A DNA stretch of 64,000 bases from Candidatus Poribacteria bacterium (GTDB lineage: Bacteria; Poribacteria; WGA-4E; WGA-3G): positions 1,312,001 through 1,376,000 of the forward strand of contig OZ244048.1 of assembly GCA_965215265.1 (NCBI GenBank). The letters are read 5' to 3'. Positions 9,965 to 19,704 of the stretch are shown piece by piece. The position numbers and the translations under genes are program-made. The notes beneath the pieces were generated by a model that was not told the DNA's origin, did no database searches, and worked only from the letters and a program-made list of their open reading frames with translations. Numbering within the stretch: the first letter of the stretch is position 1; every line of letters begins with the position of its first letter.

Positions 9965-11017
9965 ATGGCAGACAAAACATATCGTATCGGAATTATCGGT
10001 TGTGGCGGTATGGGGCGTTCTCATGCCCGGAATTGGACAAGCACCGGCCGGGCAGAAGTTGTGACTGCATCAGACATCAGTGCTGATTCGGCTGCAAAAT
10101 TTGCTTCGGAGTTATCGCTTCCGACACACTATACTGATTTTAACGAGATGTGCGAGAAGGAAACGTTGGATATCGTGAGCATCACGACCTGGCAGAGCGT
10201 GCGTGCAGAGCCAACTATAGCGGCTGCCGAGAGCGGCGTTCTCGGTGTAATCACTGAAAAGCCGATGGCCGCATCGGTAGGTGATGCACAGGACATGATG
10301 GACGTTTGCGAGAAACATGGCACAAAACTTGTAGTTGGACATCAACGCCGGTTCAGCCCGCAAAACTGCGAGGCCCGCCGACTGATACAAGAAGGCGCAA
10401 TCGGCGAACCCCAAGCGATGCTCCGGCGAGATGGACACGGTTTACTGAATCGCGGCACGCACGAAATTGACGAGATGCGCTACATCCTTGGAGATCCAGA
10501 GCCGCTATGGCTCATCGGGCAGGTCGCACGCCGCACAGACCGGTGGGAACGGCGGGTCCGATGCGAAGATCTCTGCATGGCTGAAATCTGCTTTCAAGGC
10601 GGGATCCGCGGTATTTACGAAAGCGATTTGCCAGAGCCTGCACTGCGCGGGGATGTTGTTTACGGCAACGATGGGCAACTCCGCCGGGGTAGTGACGGCA
10701 CAATTGAACTGCTCAACAGCAAAGCATCTGGATGGCAATCGATTAAACCGCGCCAGAGTGAACCGAATCAGTTTGACGAGATGTTAGCCTGGATAGAAGG
10801 CGATATCGACGAACATCGGAACGCTGGCAAGCACGGACTCTGTACAATAGAAATTCTGATGGCGATTTATGAATCGCTTCGTATCAAAAATGTGGTGACG
10901 TTCCCACTAACGACGCGGCCGAATCCGCTGGATCTGTTGGTTGAAGGCGGAACCTTGCCGGTGTTTGTTGAGGGACGCTATGACATTCGCGCACCGTTCC
11001 CCGAACAGAAAAAGTAG
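9965..11017 (+). CDS. Gfo/Idh/MocA family oxidoreductase
   Basis: GIIGCGGMG, TEKPMA, GHQRRF, GTHEID. Confidence 0.92.
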   Translation: MADKTYRIGIIGCGGMGRSHARNWTSTGRAEVVTASDISADSAAKFASELSLPTHYTDFNEMCEKETLDIVSITTWQSVRAEPTIAAAESGVLGVITEKPMAASVGDAQDMMDVCEKHGTKLVVGHQRRFSPQNCEARRLIQEGAIGEPQAMLRRDGHGLLNRGTHEIDEMRYILGDPEPLWLIGQVARRTDRWERRVRCEDLCMAEICFQGGIRGIYESDLPEPALRGDVVYGNDGQLRRGSDGTIELLNSKASGWQSIKPRQSEPNQFDEMLAWIEGDIDEHRNAGKHGLCTIEILMAIYESLRIKNVVTFPLTTRPNPLDLLVEGGTLPVFVEGRYDIRAPFPEQKK

Positions 11018-11048
11018 CGGTGCCACAAATGATGAGATGCCCCCTTTA

Positions 11049-11072
11049 AGGGCAGGCTTCCGAGCCTGCCCT
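11049..11072. terminator. GC-rich hairpin between the convergent oxidoreductase gene and the phyH 3'-end copy
   Basis: AGGGCAGGCT-TCCG-AGCCTGCCCT; no clean U-tract. Confidence 0.5.
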
Positions 11073-11114
11073 GCCTTTGCTGAATTGTTCCTAAACTTAG
11101 ACGCTAATCCGCTT

Positions 11115-11251
11115 TTAGCACGTCACCTCTTTTCCTTCGCTACCGTAAACCGCCATTCGTTCGGCGGTTGTTATCTCCTCGCAACTCCCAGGTTTGTAAT
11201 GAAACTGGAGCGCACGGCGACGGGCACTCGAATGGTTAAACGGGCTACCAT
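11115..11251 (-). repeat. 137-bp direct repeat of the phyH 3' end (copy of 14213-14349)
   Basis: Base-by-base match with 4 mismatches clustered at the distal end; includes the stop codon. Confidence 0.95.
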
Positions 11252-11283
11252 AGTCATGCACCACTACCATGATGGTAACTTAT

Positions 11284-11493
11284 GAGGTGACGTGCTAATG
11301 ATTTTCAGGAATATCCCCAAAGTTGTCTGAACCGCTCGCTTTTCTTAACCCCTAACTATACGAAAATTTTTGTCTACTGCAGCCCCATGAAGGTTGCTGT
11401 AATGTTCAATCCACTATAAATCTCGTCAAAGCCTTTTGATGTTTTGATTTTTAAAGACATTACCTAAGGAGTCTCCGACGAGATTTACACACG
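11284..11493 (+). repeat. Left 210-bp inverted repeat (pairs with 14019-14227)
   Basis: Reverse complement of 14019-14227 with 1 indel and 2 substitutions; begins with the last 15 nt of phyH. Confidence 0.95.
11367..11426 (-). repeat. 60-bp dispersed unit inside the left IR
   Basis: Minus strand ACGAGATTTATAGTGG...GGGGCTGCAGTAGACAAAAA. Confidence 0.75.
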
Positions 11494-11597
11494 AGTACTC
11501 ACGACATAAGCGTTGACGGTACGGAGAGATACGAAAAACGAGATTTACACAGGAGTTTCCAAAACATAACCCTTGATGGTACGGAGATATACAAAAA
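11478..11597 (+). repeat. Two tandem 60-bp dispersed units
   Basis: ACGAGATTTACACA...GGTACGGAGA[GT]ATAC[GA]AAAA at 11478-11537 and 11538-11597. Confidence 0.9.
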
Positions 11598-11947
11598 AGC
11601 GTACCAAATGATGCTTTTTGGGGAGATAAGATGTACAATTTGTCTCATCTAACATTTTTCACCTCTAAAACGACTTATTCCGTTATTTTTTGTTAAATGT
11701 GAAAAATCACGACGGTATTCACAGATTTTTAGGTACGCAGACAGAAAAATGAAAAAAAATTGTCCAAATTCCTAAAAATTCTGAAAAAAGTGCAAATTAG
11801 GTATAAACTTTTTTGATCTCATCTTTATACATAACTATAGAACAGAAAAAAGAAAAGACATTCGTATTGTGATTTAGTTGTTGTTTACACAAAAGTGGAA
11901 GATGTGGTAAACTCACCCATGTCTTTCGTAAACGAAGGAGGTTTCTG

Positions 11948-12490
11948 ATGAACCGTTTCTTTTCTTACGCGATACTTTTTATCGCCATGCTCTGTGTAGG
12001 GCTGAGTTTTGTCTCAACGCACACCGAAGCCGCACTTGACATTCATTCAGGTTATGCTAACGACGTGCTCTCTCCGCAAGGTGACGAGCTGCCCTATACT
12101 TACGGTGAAGCCGTGGTAGAGAGTATGTGGACGAGTGGGCGTTGGGCGTATAGCACACACTCTATCTTCATCGGCAACTACGCTGGAGGCCCGTTTGGCC
12201 CACAAGATATTGACTTTGATGTTACCTACGTCTGCGAAATCAGGGGTACTAATCGTTTGGAGAGAGTTTTCGAGCAGTCGGTAAAAATCTTAGCGCCTTA
12301 CTATGACGTTGGTTGGGTAGATGCAACCTGGTCCGACAGCAACCGACAACTGTCTGTGCGGCGGGATGGGCTCCCTAATGAAGAGTACACTTTTGCCGCG
12401 TATACCGAACTTGATGCGAGAGATGCCGCTCGCGTTCGGGATTCAGCGACATGGCGGGCAGAATATTTAATCATAATTAATCCGTTTTGA
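11948..12490 (+). CDS. Secreted hypothetical protein (beta-rich)
   Basis: AAGGAGGT RBS, Sec signal peptide (TEA cleavage site), no recognised domain. Confidence 0.8.
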   Translation: MNRFFSYAILFIAMLCVGLSFVSTHTEAALDIHSGYANDVLSPQGDELPYTYGEAVVESMWTSGRWAYSTHSIFIGNYAGGPFGPQDIDFDVTYVCEIRGTNRLERVFEQSVKILAPYYDVGWVDATWSDSNRQLSVRRDGLPNEEYTFAAYTELDARDAARVRDSATWRAEYLIIINPF

Positions 12491-12553
12491 TGCCTTGAGA
12501 TGCCACACTTGAGGGGGAGCTCGCTCCCCCTCTCACCGCATAAGGAGATTCGT

Positions 12554-13576
12554 ATGAAACTTTTTTTCGCCCTGATGTTCGTGTTGCTTTTTGCTGCAAC
12601 CGCATCTCCAAAAATTGTGTTTTATTCCGAGCGTGATGGCAATAAAGAAATTTACATCATGAATGATGATGGCAGCCACCTTCGCAGAGTCACGGACAAT
12701 CCCGCGGCAGATCTCCGTCCCTTATGGGCACCAGATGGACAGACCATCGCATTCCAGCGCGGTAGCTACACACCGGACGGTAGACAAGTCTCAGATCTTA
12801 TCCTCATCAACCCAGACGGTAGCAACGAGAGAACTTTAGTAAACAACGATGAAGCGTTTTCGTCTGTGTATCCCGCTTTTTTCATGCGAGAGGGAAGGGA
12901 ACTTGCAATTGCCAGATGGGACCTGAACGCGCTCACTTTACGGCTTTTCTTCATGGATGTTGAAAGTGGTGTGACACGCCCACTCCGAGGCGTTGAGGAT
13001 ATAACAGATGCAGACATCTCCCCAGATGGCCGTTTCATCGCCTTTTCAAAGACACCGAGCTTTGAAAAGAACATCCACCTCGTCGCACCAGATGGACGCG
13101 GAGAGAAACCCCTCCTGCCACCTAATGCAGACCCCGATGTCCTACTCCTTCGCTTCTCTCCGCGCTGGGCACCGGATAGTAAACGCCTGATGTTTGTTGA
13201 AGAATGGCTTGATATTGTAGAGAAGGAAAACGAAGAGGGCCCTTTTATTGACTTTGTTGTCACAGAAAACAACCTGCTCATCTACCACATTGGCTCGGAA
13301 AAGACAGAACGCTTGCCGCTCCCACACGGGTTTCGCACGGCGACATCTTGTTGGATGAACAATAACCAGATTCTCTTTGCCGCAGATACCACAGGTTTGA
13401 TAACTAAAGTGCATGGCAACTACGACATTTACCACTACAACCTTACAAGTAGAACGCTGACGCAGCTCACCACACATACTGCAGCAGACAAGTCTCCTCG
13501 ATGGATAGCCGGCACGCTTGAGGTGTCTGCAAAACAAAAAAAAACAACGCAGTGGGGAAAAGTGAAGGCCGACTAG
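12554..13576 (+). CDS. TolB-like PD40-repeat secreted protein
   Basis: AAGGAG RBS before ATG 12554, signal peptide, IVFYSERDGNKEIY, WAPDG and SPDG repeats, C-terminal VSAKQKKTTQWGKVK motif. Confidence 0.85.
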   Translation: MKLFFALMFVLLFAATASPKIVFYSERDGNKEIYIMNDDGSHLRRVTDNPAADLRPLWAPDGQTIAFQRGSYTPDGRQVSDLILINPDGSNERTLVNNDEAFSSVYPAFFMREGRELAIARWDLNALTLRLFFMDVESGVTRPLRGVEDITDADISPDGRFIAFSKTPSFEKNIHLVAPDGRGEKPLLPPNADPDVLLLRFSPRWAPDSKRLMFVEEWLDIVEKENEEGPFIDFVVTENNLLIYHIGSEKTERLPLPHGFRTATSCWMNNNQILFAADTTGLITKVHGNYDIYHYNLTSRTLTQLTTHTAADKSPRWIAGTLEVSAKQKKTTQWGKVKAD

Positions 13577-13584
13577 ATTGATAG

Positions 13585-13683
13585 ATGAAGAGTACACTTT
13601 TGCCGCTCGCGTTTCGGATTCAGCGACGTGGCGGGCAGAATATTTAATCATAATTAATCCGTTTTGATGCCTTGAGATGCCAC
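13585..13683 (+). repeat. Duplicate of the 3' end of gene 11948-12490 (copy of 12378-12506 with a 30-bp deletion)
   Basis: Direct match; the deletion lies between two TGCCGC microhomologies (12394 and 12424); 3 substitutions. Confidence 0.92.
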
Positions 13684-13950
13684 TCGTTTTTTAAGAGCAC
13701 CGCGCCGGTGCTCAGAAACAGCAGTATGTTCAGAAAAATCAAGTAGGCCAAATCCGAGAAAGTACCGCCGATAGCGGCGTTTCCCCACGCAGTGCCACTG
13801 GTAAAGACAGGCATGCCACTTAAGTCCAGCGGTTCCACGTCACTCCAATTTTTCGGTGTGATGTTTGCTATAAAGGCATCTTCGTCTGACTTTACGAATC
13901 CAGCTTGTGAGGGCATATCGTTGATATTGACTCGCGTGAACCAGTTGCTA
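13684..13950 (-). pseudogene. 3' fragment of a membrane protein gene (ABC permease-like C-terminus)
   Basis: PLDLSGMPVF...DLAYLIFLNILLFLS resembles ABC-2-type permease C-termini; no intact 5' part. Confidence 0.45.
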
Positions 13951-13974
13951 CTTGAGAACGCCCCTTGTTCCTGC

Positions 13975-14034
13975 TTTTTGTATATTTCAGCCCCATCAAC
14001 GCTTAGGTATTGACAGCCCGTGTGAAAATCTCGT
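13975..14034 (-). repeat. 60-bp dispersed unit
   Basis: Minus strand ACGAGATTTTCACACG...AAGCGTTGATGGGGCTGAAATATACAAAAA. Confidence 0.85.
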
Positions 14035-14227
14035 CGGAGACTCCTTAGGGAATGTCTTTAAAAATCAAAACATCAAAGGCTTTGACGAGATTTATAGTGG
14101 ATTGAACATTACAGCAACCTTCATGGGGCTGCAGTAGACAAAAATTTTCGTATAGTTAGGGGTTAAGAAAAGCGAGCGGTTCAGACAACTTTGGGGATAT
14201 TCCTGAAAATCATTAGCACGTCACCTC
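14019..14227 (-). repeat. Right inverted repeat (pairs with 11284-11493); contains a 60-bp unit at 14085-14144 (+)
   Basis: Reverse complement of the left IR; overlaps the phyH stop codon. Confidence 0.95.
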
Positions 14228-15072
14228 TTTTCCTTCGCTACCGTAAACCGCCATTCGTTCGGCGGTTGTTATCTCCTCGCAACTCCCAGGTTTGTAATGA
14301 AACTGGAGCGCACGGCGACGGGCACTCGAACGGTTAACCGGACTGCCATGATGGAGTAAGCCGTGCCAGAAGAGACAGCCACCCGGTTTGAGAGGCACCA
14401 TCGTATCGCGTGCAACTGGGACATCTGTATCGCAAATCTGCCAATCGCGCCGTTTGAAATGAATCCTGGGACCCTCATTATGAGAACCCGGGATGATGTG
14501 CAGGCAGCCGTTTTCAGGCGTGGCTTCGTCAAGCGCTACCCACACCCCTACGACTGTCGTGCCGAAAGGGACATTAAAATAGGCACAATCCTGATGCCAC
14601 GGCTTTTCAGAACCGAATCGTGGCGGTTTCACTAACGCCATATCCTGGAAAAGTTCAGGTGCCTCGCCCATCATTTGTTCAAGGGTACGAAGCAGTCCTG
14701 CATGTGCTGCCATGGCGTTCAAGCGAGTTCATGATCAACAAATCGGAAAATTTTTCGGATTGCATCCCGACGTTCATCAGGGGCCATCTCGTTTTTACGT
14801 TTGGCGAGAGACGGTTCAAATTGGATTGCCCGGAAATCAGGACAGTTTCCATCCATCAGATAAACCATACCAGCCAAAGCGTCATCAACTTCCTTTTCAC
14901 TAAAGGCATCGTGGATGACGAGATAGCCGTGCTGATGGAAGTGTTGGATGTCAGCCTCGGTTACGGCTGAAAATCCACCACGCATCCCTTCTGCTACTGT
15001 ATCAAATCTATAAAGTTCCGCAGGATAAGGGATGGCTGATGTACTCTGTTCGCTTGCTGCTTCGGAATTCAT
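14213..15072 (-). pseudogene. Phytanoyl-CoA dioxygenase (PhyH) family gene with a single frameshift near 14722
   Basis: GGAGGT RBS and ATG at 15072. FHQHGYLVI in one frame; KPWHQD, WVALD, NGCL.IIPGSH, HHGS and RRA in the next. One base is missing at GAA-CT-CGC-TTG. May be a sequencing error. Confidence 0.8.
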
Positions 15073-15303
15073 AAAATACCTCCCAGTGGATTGTGAGTAA
15101 AAGGGAAGGGAAGTTCTCCCCACAAGCAGGGAGGAATCCCCTTTCTTTTCTGTCCTGACGGACAGAAAAAAAATACCTATCTTGCAACTTTCGGCTGTGT
15201 TAGTGATACTGCCAATGAATCAAGACGGAATGCGCGTATGGCATTCGACTCACCTGAATTTTGGTGTCGCTATCTTACTGACTCAACATTATAAGCTGCA
15301 TCC

Positions 15304-16317
15304 TTAGATCTCACCCCGGCTCTCCTGTTCAAGCAGGTCTAAGAAATCGTTAACGCGGTTAATAGCTGCTTGGGCACGTTCGCGGGCCGATTGACTTTTC
15401 TCTTCTTCCGACAGCCAGCACCGTCGTTGCGGAAGCCATTCCGTTTTTAGAGAACTAAGTTGATTTAGAAAATGCGGGTCCGCTGTCTCACTAACAAAAT
15501 ACTCTATCACACCGAGTAACCCGTACTTCCGATTTACCTCCATATCCTCTAATTCACCTACCATGTGGGCAAAGAGTTGTTGATTCCTATCCTGTCTTGC
15601 TTGTGCAACCTCACGTGAGGAAGCGGTAAGCAGTTTATCTACAAATTCCTGCTTAGAGTTAATCCACCTCGGTAGGTTCCTGACGTAGTCTTCCAAATCG
15701 AAATGCCCCCGCTGCAGCGCGAAGTGAGCATGGATATGAATGTTACGGAAGAACGCCGTATATCCAACATTTGGATCCATGGTATCCGCATCATAGAGAA
15801 TTTGATTCTCAATGTTCCCATATAGAAGTTTAAAATCTTCGGCAGTCAGATTCATCGGTTTTAGATGGGCCAACACAACGGCTGTTGCGGCTTCCACGAA
15901 CTCGCGCTCAAAGTCGTACATCGCCAATATATTTTCCGTAATCACAGCACCGGACTCATGATGCACTTTTCCATGGAGGTTGTGCTTATTGTACAGTTCA
16001 GTAACGACGTTCTGTCCACTTGGAGTGAGCACCTCGTTTAACCAGAAGCCGTTGTGGTCCAAAATCCGCTTGCCGTTGTCGTCTGTTAAGATGACACCGT
16101 CGTAACGTTTGGTGATGTCATGTAACGTCCCAGCGACTTCAAGTAACTTGACATCACCACCCTCACGTTTTCCCAGTTCCATGCTCAGCGCACGGACGCG
16201 GAGCGTGTGGTTCCAGGTATAGTGCCGCCATTGAAAGCCGACGCGGTTGTGTTCCCAGAGTTCAAACGTTTCATTCACTAAGGTTTCCAATTCATTCAAA
16301 ACTTGAGCGTAGTTCAT
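15304..16317 (-). CDS. HD-domain metal-dependent phosphohydrolase
   Basis: NHTLRV...LHDI...HHESG...H...YDADTMD. Confidence 0.85.
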   Translation of the reverse strand: MNYAQVLNELETLVNETFELWEHNRVGFQWRHYTWNHTLRVRALSMELGKREGGDVKLLEVAGTLHDITKRYDGVILTDDNGKRILDHNGFWLNEVLTPSGQNVVTELYNKHNLHGKVHHESGAVITENILAMYDFEREFVEAATAVVLAHLKPMNLTAEDFKLLYGNIENQILYDADTMDPNVGYTAFFRNIHIHAHFALQRGHFDLEDYVRNLPRWINSKQEFVDKLLTASSREVAQARQDRNQQLFAHMVGELEDMEVNRKYGLLGVIEYFVSETADPHFLNQLSSLKTEWLPQRRCWLSEEEKSQSARERAQAAINRVNDFLDLLEQESRGEI

Positions 16318-16455
16318 ATTTGAATGTTTTTAACCTCCTGTTTTCAGAGACTTTCTCGCCGTTGTCGTATTTTTAAGCACCTTTGCTAAGCGGTAATTGC
16401 CGCAGTTCTCCTATTAGCGATTTCGAGTCTTGAAGTTAGGCGAACCTCAGCCAAT

Positions 16456-17247
16456 TCATGGCTTATTGCCGTATGTGACGCGAATGAGTGACAACCCGTG
16501 CGCAGGTACCGACGGCCCAGCCGCTGCCCGATCCTTTGCTTTGATGATCCGACGGAGCTCCGCTGGCACGTTTTCGCAATTCACATATTTGAGTATCGTG
16601 CCGACAATAGCCCGAACCATCCCTCTCAGAAAGGAGTCTGCCTCAATTTCAAAATAGACGTGTTCGCCTGCCTTCCAGCAAGCTGCCTCATAAATTTCAC
16701 ACATAGGATTTAAACGATCGCTTCCAGTTCTTCGGAAAGCGGAAAAATCCTGTTTGCCTACAAGGTTTGCGCACAGAGCGTCAGCTCGCGAAATATCAAT
16801 AGTTTGTGCCGGATAGAAGTAACACCTATGGCGCGACAGTGCGGACGGATACGCACGATTCAAAATTGTATACCGATACCGCCGGCTTGTCGCACTGAAA
16901 CGAGCGTGAAAGTCCGACGGCACCTCCGTTGCTGCAAGGATAACTATATCCCTTGGCAGAATAGTATTGAGCCCTTTCTGAAAAGCGACAAGAGGTATCT
17001 CCGGTCTCGCATCTATTTTTTCTTTCTCACTCCCCACAGTAGTCTGTGCTAGATGGAAGTTAGCAACTTGCCCTTCAGCGTGAACACCTGTATCAGTCCT
17101 ACCAGCCCCAATAATTTGGACACGCGTTTTGGTTAACTTGCTCAGCGCATCCTCAACGGTGCCTTGAATTGTTGGCTGGTTAGGTTGTTTCTGCCATCCG
17201 TGATAATTGGTTCCGTCATATTCAAGTACCAGTTTGATGTTCCGCAT
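16456..17247 (-). CDS. truA: tRNA pseudouridine(38-40) synthase
   Basis: YDGTNYHGWQ, AGRTDTGVHA, FHARFSA, FLRGMVR. Confidence 0.97.
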   Translation of the reverse strand: MRNIKLVLEYDGTNYHGWQKQPNQPTIQGTVEDALSKLTKTRVQIIGAGRTDTGVHAEGQVANFHLAQTTVGSEKEKIDARPEIPLVAFQKGLNTILPRDIVILAATEVPSDFHARFSATSRRYRYTILNRAYPSALSRHRCYFYPAQTIDISRADALCANLVGKQDFSAFRRTGSDRLNPMCEIYEAACWKAGEHVYFEIEADSFLRGMVRAIVGTILKYVNCENVPAELRRIIKAKDRAAAGPSVPAHGLSLIRVTYGNKP

Positions 17248-17262
17248 TTTTTATCGATACGC

Positions 17263-17291
17263 AGTTTATCACATTCAGCATTCAGTGTCAA
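17263..17291 (-). promoter_or_regulatory. sigma70-type promoter of truA
   Basis: TTGACA-N17-TAAACT with extended -10 TG. Confidence 0.6.
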
Positions 17292-17417
17292 GTTTTTTCG
17301 GAATCAAAAAAGTGCCCGTGGTGTGCGAATTGGGCTATCGCGAAGGTTCAAATTTGAGTGGCTATGAAAAACTAACGGATTCGGTATCTTAATTGCCCCT
17401 CTGTTAGGGGCACTATC

Positions 17418-18701
17418 CTATTTCTTTATCGCGCCAAACGTTACGCCACGTAGTAGATGGCTCCGCATCAAGAACGTGAAAATGGCAACCGGCAGTAGAA
17501 ATACGAACGTCGCAGCAGCGATTTTGCCCCAATCCATACCCGTTGAACCTGTCGCACTCGTAATTGAAGGTGGAGCAGTTGCAGCCCTGCCGCCGACTTC
17601 GGTTAGGACAATCGCAAAAGCGAATTCGTTCCACGCCGTAATCAGACAGAAAACCGCTGTTGCTGCCATGCCTGTAACCGATTGCGGCAGGACGACTCTC
17701 AGGAAGGTTTGAAACCTTGTGTAACCATCAACGAGGGCAGCATCCTCATACTCCGTTGGAATCTCATCAATAAACCCTTTCATGAGCCACACTGCAAACG
17801 AAACATTGAAGGTAGTGTATAGCAAAATGAGACCGAAGTGCGTATCTCGTAAGCCCAGAGCACTATACATCAGATATATTGGAATCACGACAACCACGGG
17901 CGGCAGCATGCGAGTACTCAGAATAAAAAATAGCAAGTCATCTTTGCCCGCAATATTGAATCGGGAAAAGGCGTAAGCGGACAGTGTGCCTAACCCTACT
18001 GCCAATATAGTACTTCCACCAGCGATGATAACACTATTGAACAATTGGTAGAAGTACGCAGAACCGTTGTTTGCTAAGACAATACAGACTGCAATTGTGG
18101 CAAAAAGGGTCGGCCCAACAAAGGCGAACCGCAGCTTTCCTGTATCCGTCGGTTCCTTGCGTTTCCACAATACACCCAGCGAAGACGGTAAAATCAGTCC
18201 GTATGTTACAAGACAACAGACTATCAAGGACCAGAATTGGAATCGGACATCCGCTTGAAGGCGTGTTTGAAGTGGCGGCAGACTAAAAAAACTATACAGA
18301 CACGTTACAACAAAAATACCGTTCCAGGCTAAGCCGATGTGCCTTGCCTGCTTCGACAGTGTGTCCACAATGCCATGTTGCCGGTTTTCTGCATTATGAC
18401 GGACAAGTGAAAAGAAGGCAAATAGCAGCAGGCCCCCGACAGCTTCTGCTATGAAGAGATAGGTTACGCCTGGCACAGCCGCAGCATCTATTAACTTTTG
18501 ATAATTTTCCAAAGATATCTGGAAAATAAACTTCGGGAGTTTGGTATGAATATCCGCCGGGGCTTTCAATGAAGTCGCCAAAATCCAGTAAATCGGAGTG
18601 ATATAGATAAGCATCACAATGCCTACGAACGCTAGAATCAGGTAGTGTACAAAATTCTTCCGATTTTTTGGTCTGCTCTTTCTAGGGTGCCGGTTTCGCA
18701 T
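17418..18701 (-). CDS. Carbohydrate ABC transporter permease (MalG-like) with an extra TM insertion
   Basis: EDAALVDG EAA loop, AWNEF; ~150-aa hydrophobic insertion after the first TM helix. Confidence 0.9.
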   Translation of the reverse strand: MRNRHPRKSRPKNRKNFVHYLILAFVGIVMLIYITPIYWILATSLKAPADIHTKLPKFIFQISLENYQKLIDAAAVPGVTYLFIAEAVGGLLLFAFFSLVRHNAENRQHGIVDTLSKQARHIGLAWNGIFVVTCLYSFFSLPPLQTRLQADVRFQFWSLIVCCLVTYGLILPSSLGVLWKRKEPTDTGKLRFAFVGPTLFATIAVCIVLANNGSAYFYQLFNSVIIAGGSTILAVGLGTLSAYAFSRFNIAGKDDLLFFILSTRMLPPVVVVIPIYLMYSALGLRDTHFGLILLYTTFNVSFAVWLMKGFIDEIPTEYEDAALVDGYTRFQTFLRVVLPQSVTGMAATAVFCLITAWNEFAFAIVLTEVGGRAATAPPSITSATGSTGMDWGKIAAATFVFLLPVAIFTFLMRSHLLRGVTFGAIKK

Positions 18702-18765
18702 GAATATTCCTTGTGAATGAGAGTCAAAGTGAATTTGTTTAGAGGAATTTCCTATAGCTTCCGGA

Positions 18766-19674
18766 TTAGTTATCTCGCTTGACGCGATTGAGATATTTTA
18801 CGTAGATATTGCTAAGTGCGACAATAATAACCAGAAGTAGATAAGCCATTGCACACGCTTTGCCTGTGTTGAAATTCCGAAAAGCGAGTTTGTAGAGGTT
18901 CATCGACACAGTCTCCGTAGCAGTAGCAGGGCCACCTTCGCGAGTCAGTACATAGACGATGTCAAACATTTTGAACGCATCCATGGTTCGGAATAAGAGC
19001 GCTATCAGTAAGAGTGGCGACACTAGCGGCAGCGTAATCCATCTGAACTTGAACCATGTGGAAGCCCTGTCAACATCAGCCGCTTCATAGAGGGACTTGG
19101 GGACGGCGCTCAATCCGGCCAATGCAATCAGCATCATAAATGGCGACCACATCCACGTATCCACAATAACAACTGCTAACATGGCTATCTTCGGGTCTGT
19201 TGTCCAGCCGATAGGTGAGTTAAGGAACGGACTGAGGAAAAAATTAAGTAATCCAGCATTATCGGAGGCGAGGATATTTCGCCAAAAAAGGCCAACGACG
19301 ACTGGCGATAGCATCATGGGTAGTAGCAGCAGCGTTGTCACAAACCCTTTATATCGGAATTCGCGATTTAATAAGAGAGCCAGTCCAAACCCAATCACAA
19401 ATTGGGCTGCTACAGCTAAAATCACAAAGTAGGCTGTCGTCTGAAAATAACCCCAGATATCCGGGTCTGCGAGCAGGCGTGCGTAATTTCGCGTACCGAT
19501 AAACCTCGGGGCTGTCGGCATGGAGGCTTTATATCTATGGAAACTTAGATAGAGGGACCACAGCAACGGGAAGATATTCATCAAAATGAGCAGAATCATA
19601 GTCGGCATGATGAATGCCATTTTCACTTGATAGTCGCTCATACCGCGTGACGGCGGGGTTAAGGCTTGCTGCAT
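18766..19674 (-). CDS. Carbohydrate ABC transporter permease (MalF-like)
   Basis: LYEAADVDRAS EAA motif, RTMDAFKMFD. Confidence 0.92.
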   Translation of the reverse strand: MQQALTPPSRGMSDYQVKMAFIMPTMILLILMNIFPLLWSLYLSFHRYKASMPTAPRFIGTRNYARLLADPDIWGYFQTTAYFVILAVAAQFVIGFGLALLLNREFRYKGFVTTLLLLPMMLSPVVVGLFWRNILASDNAGLLNFFLSPFLNSPIGWTTDPKIAMLAVVIVDTWMWSPFMMLIALAGLSAVPKSLYEAADVDRASTWFKFRWITLPLVSPLLLIALLFRTMDAFKMFDIVYVLTREGGPATATETVSMNLYKLAFRNFNTGKACAMAYLLLVIIVALSNIYVKYLNRVKRDN

Positions 19675-19704
19675 GTTTCGTTGGCAAATATATTTTATAA
19701 GATG

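Noticed and set aside
11478-11597. Tandem 60-bp units as a CRISPR mini-array
   Set aside because: No identical repeats alternating with unique spacers, conservation is spread across the unit, and there are no cas genes.
11115-14349. Duplicated gene 3' ends as DGR template/variable repeats
   Set aside because: Mismatches are not restricted to adenines on either strand, and there is no reverse transcriptase in the window.
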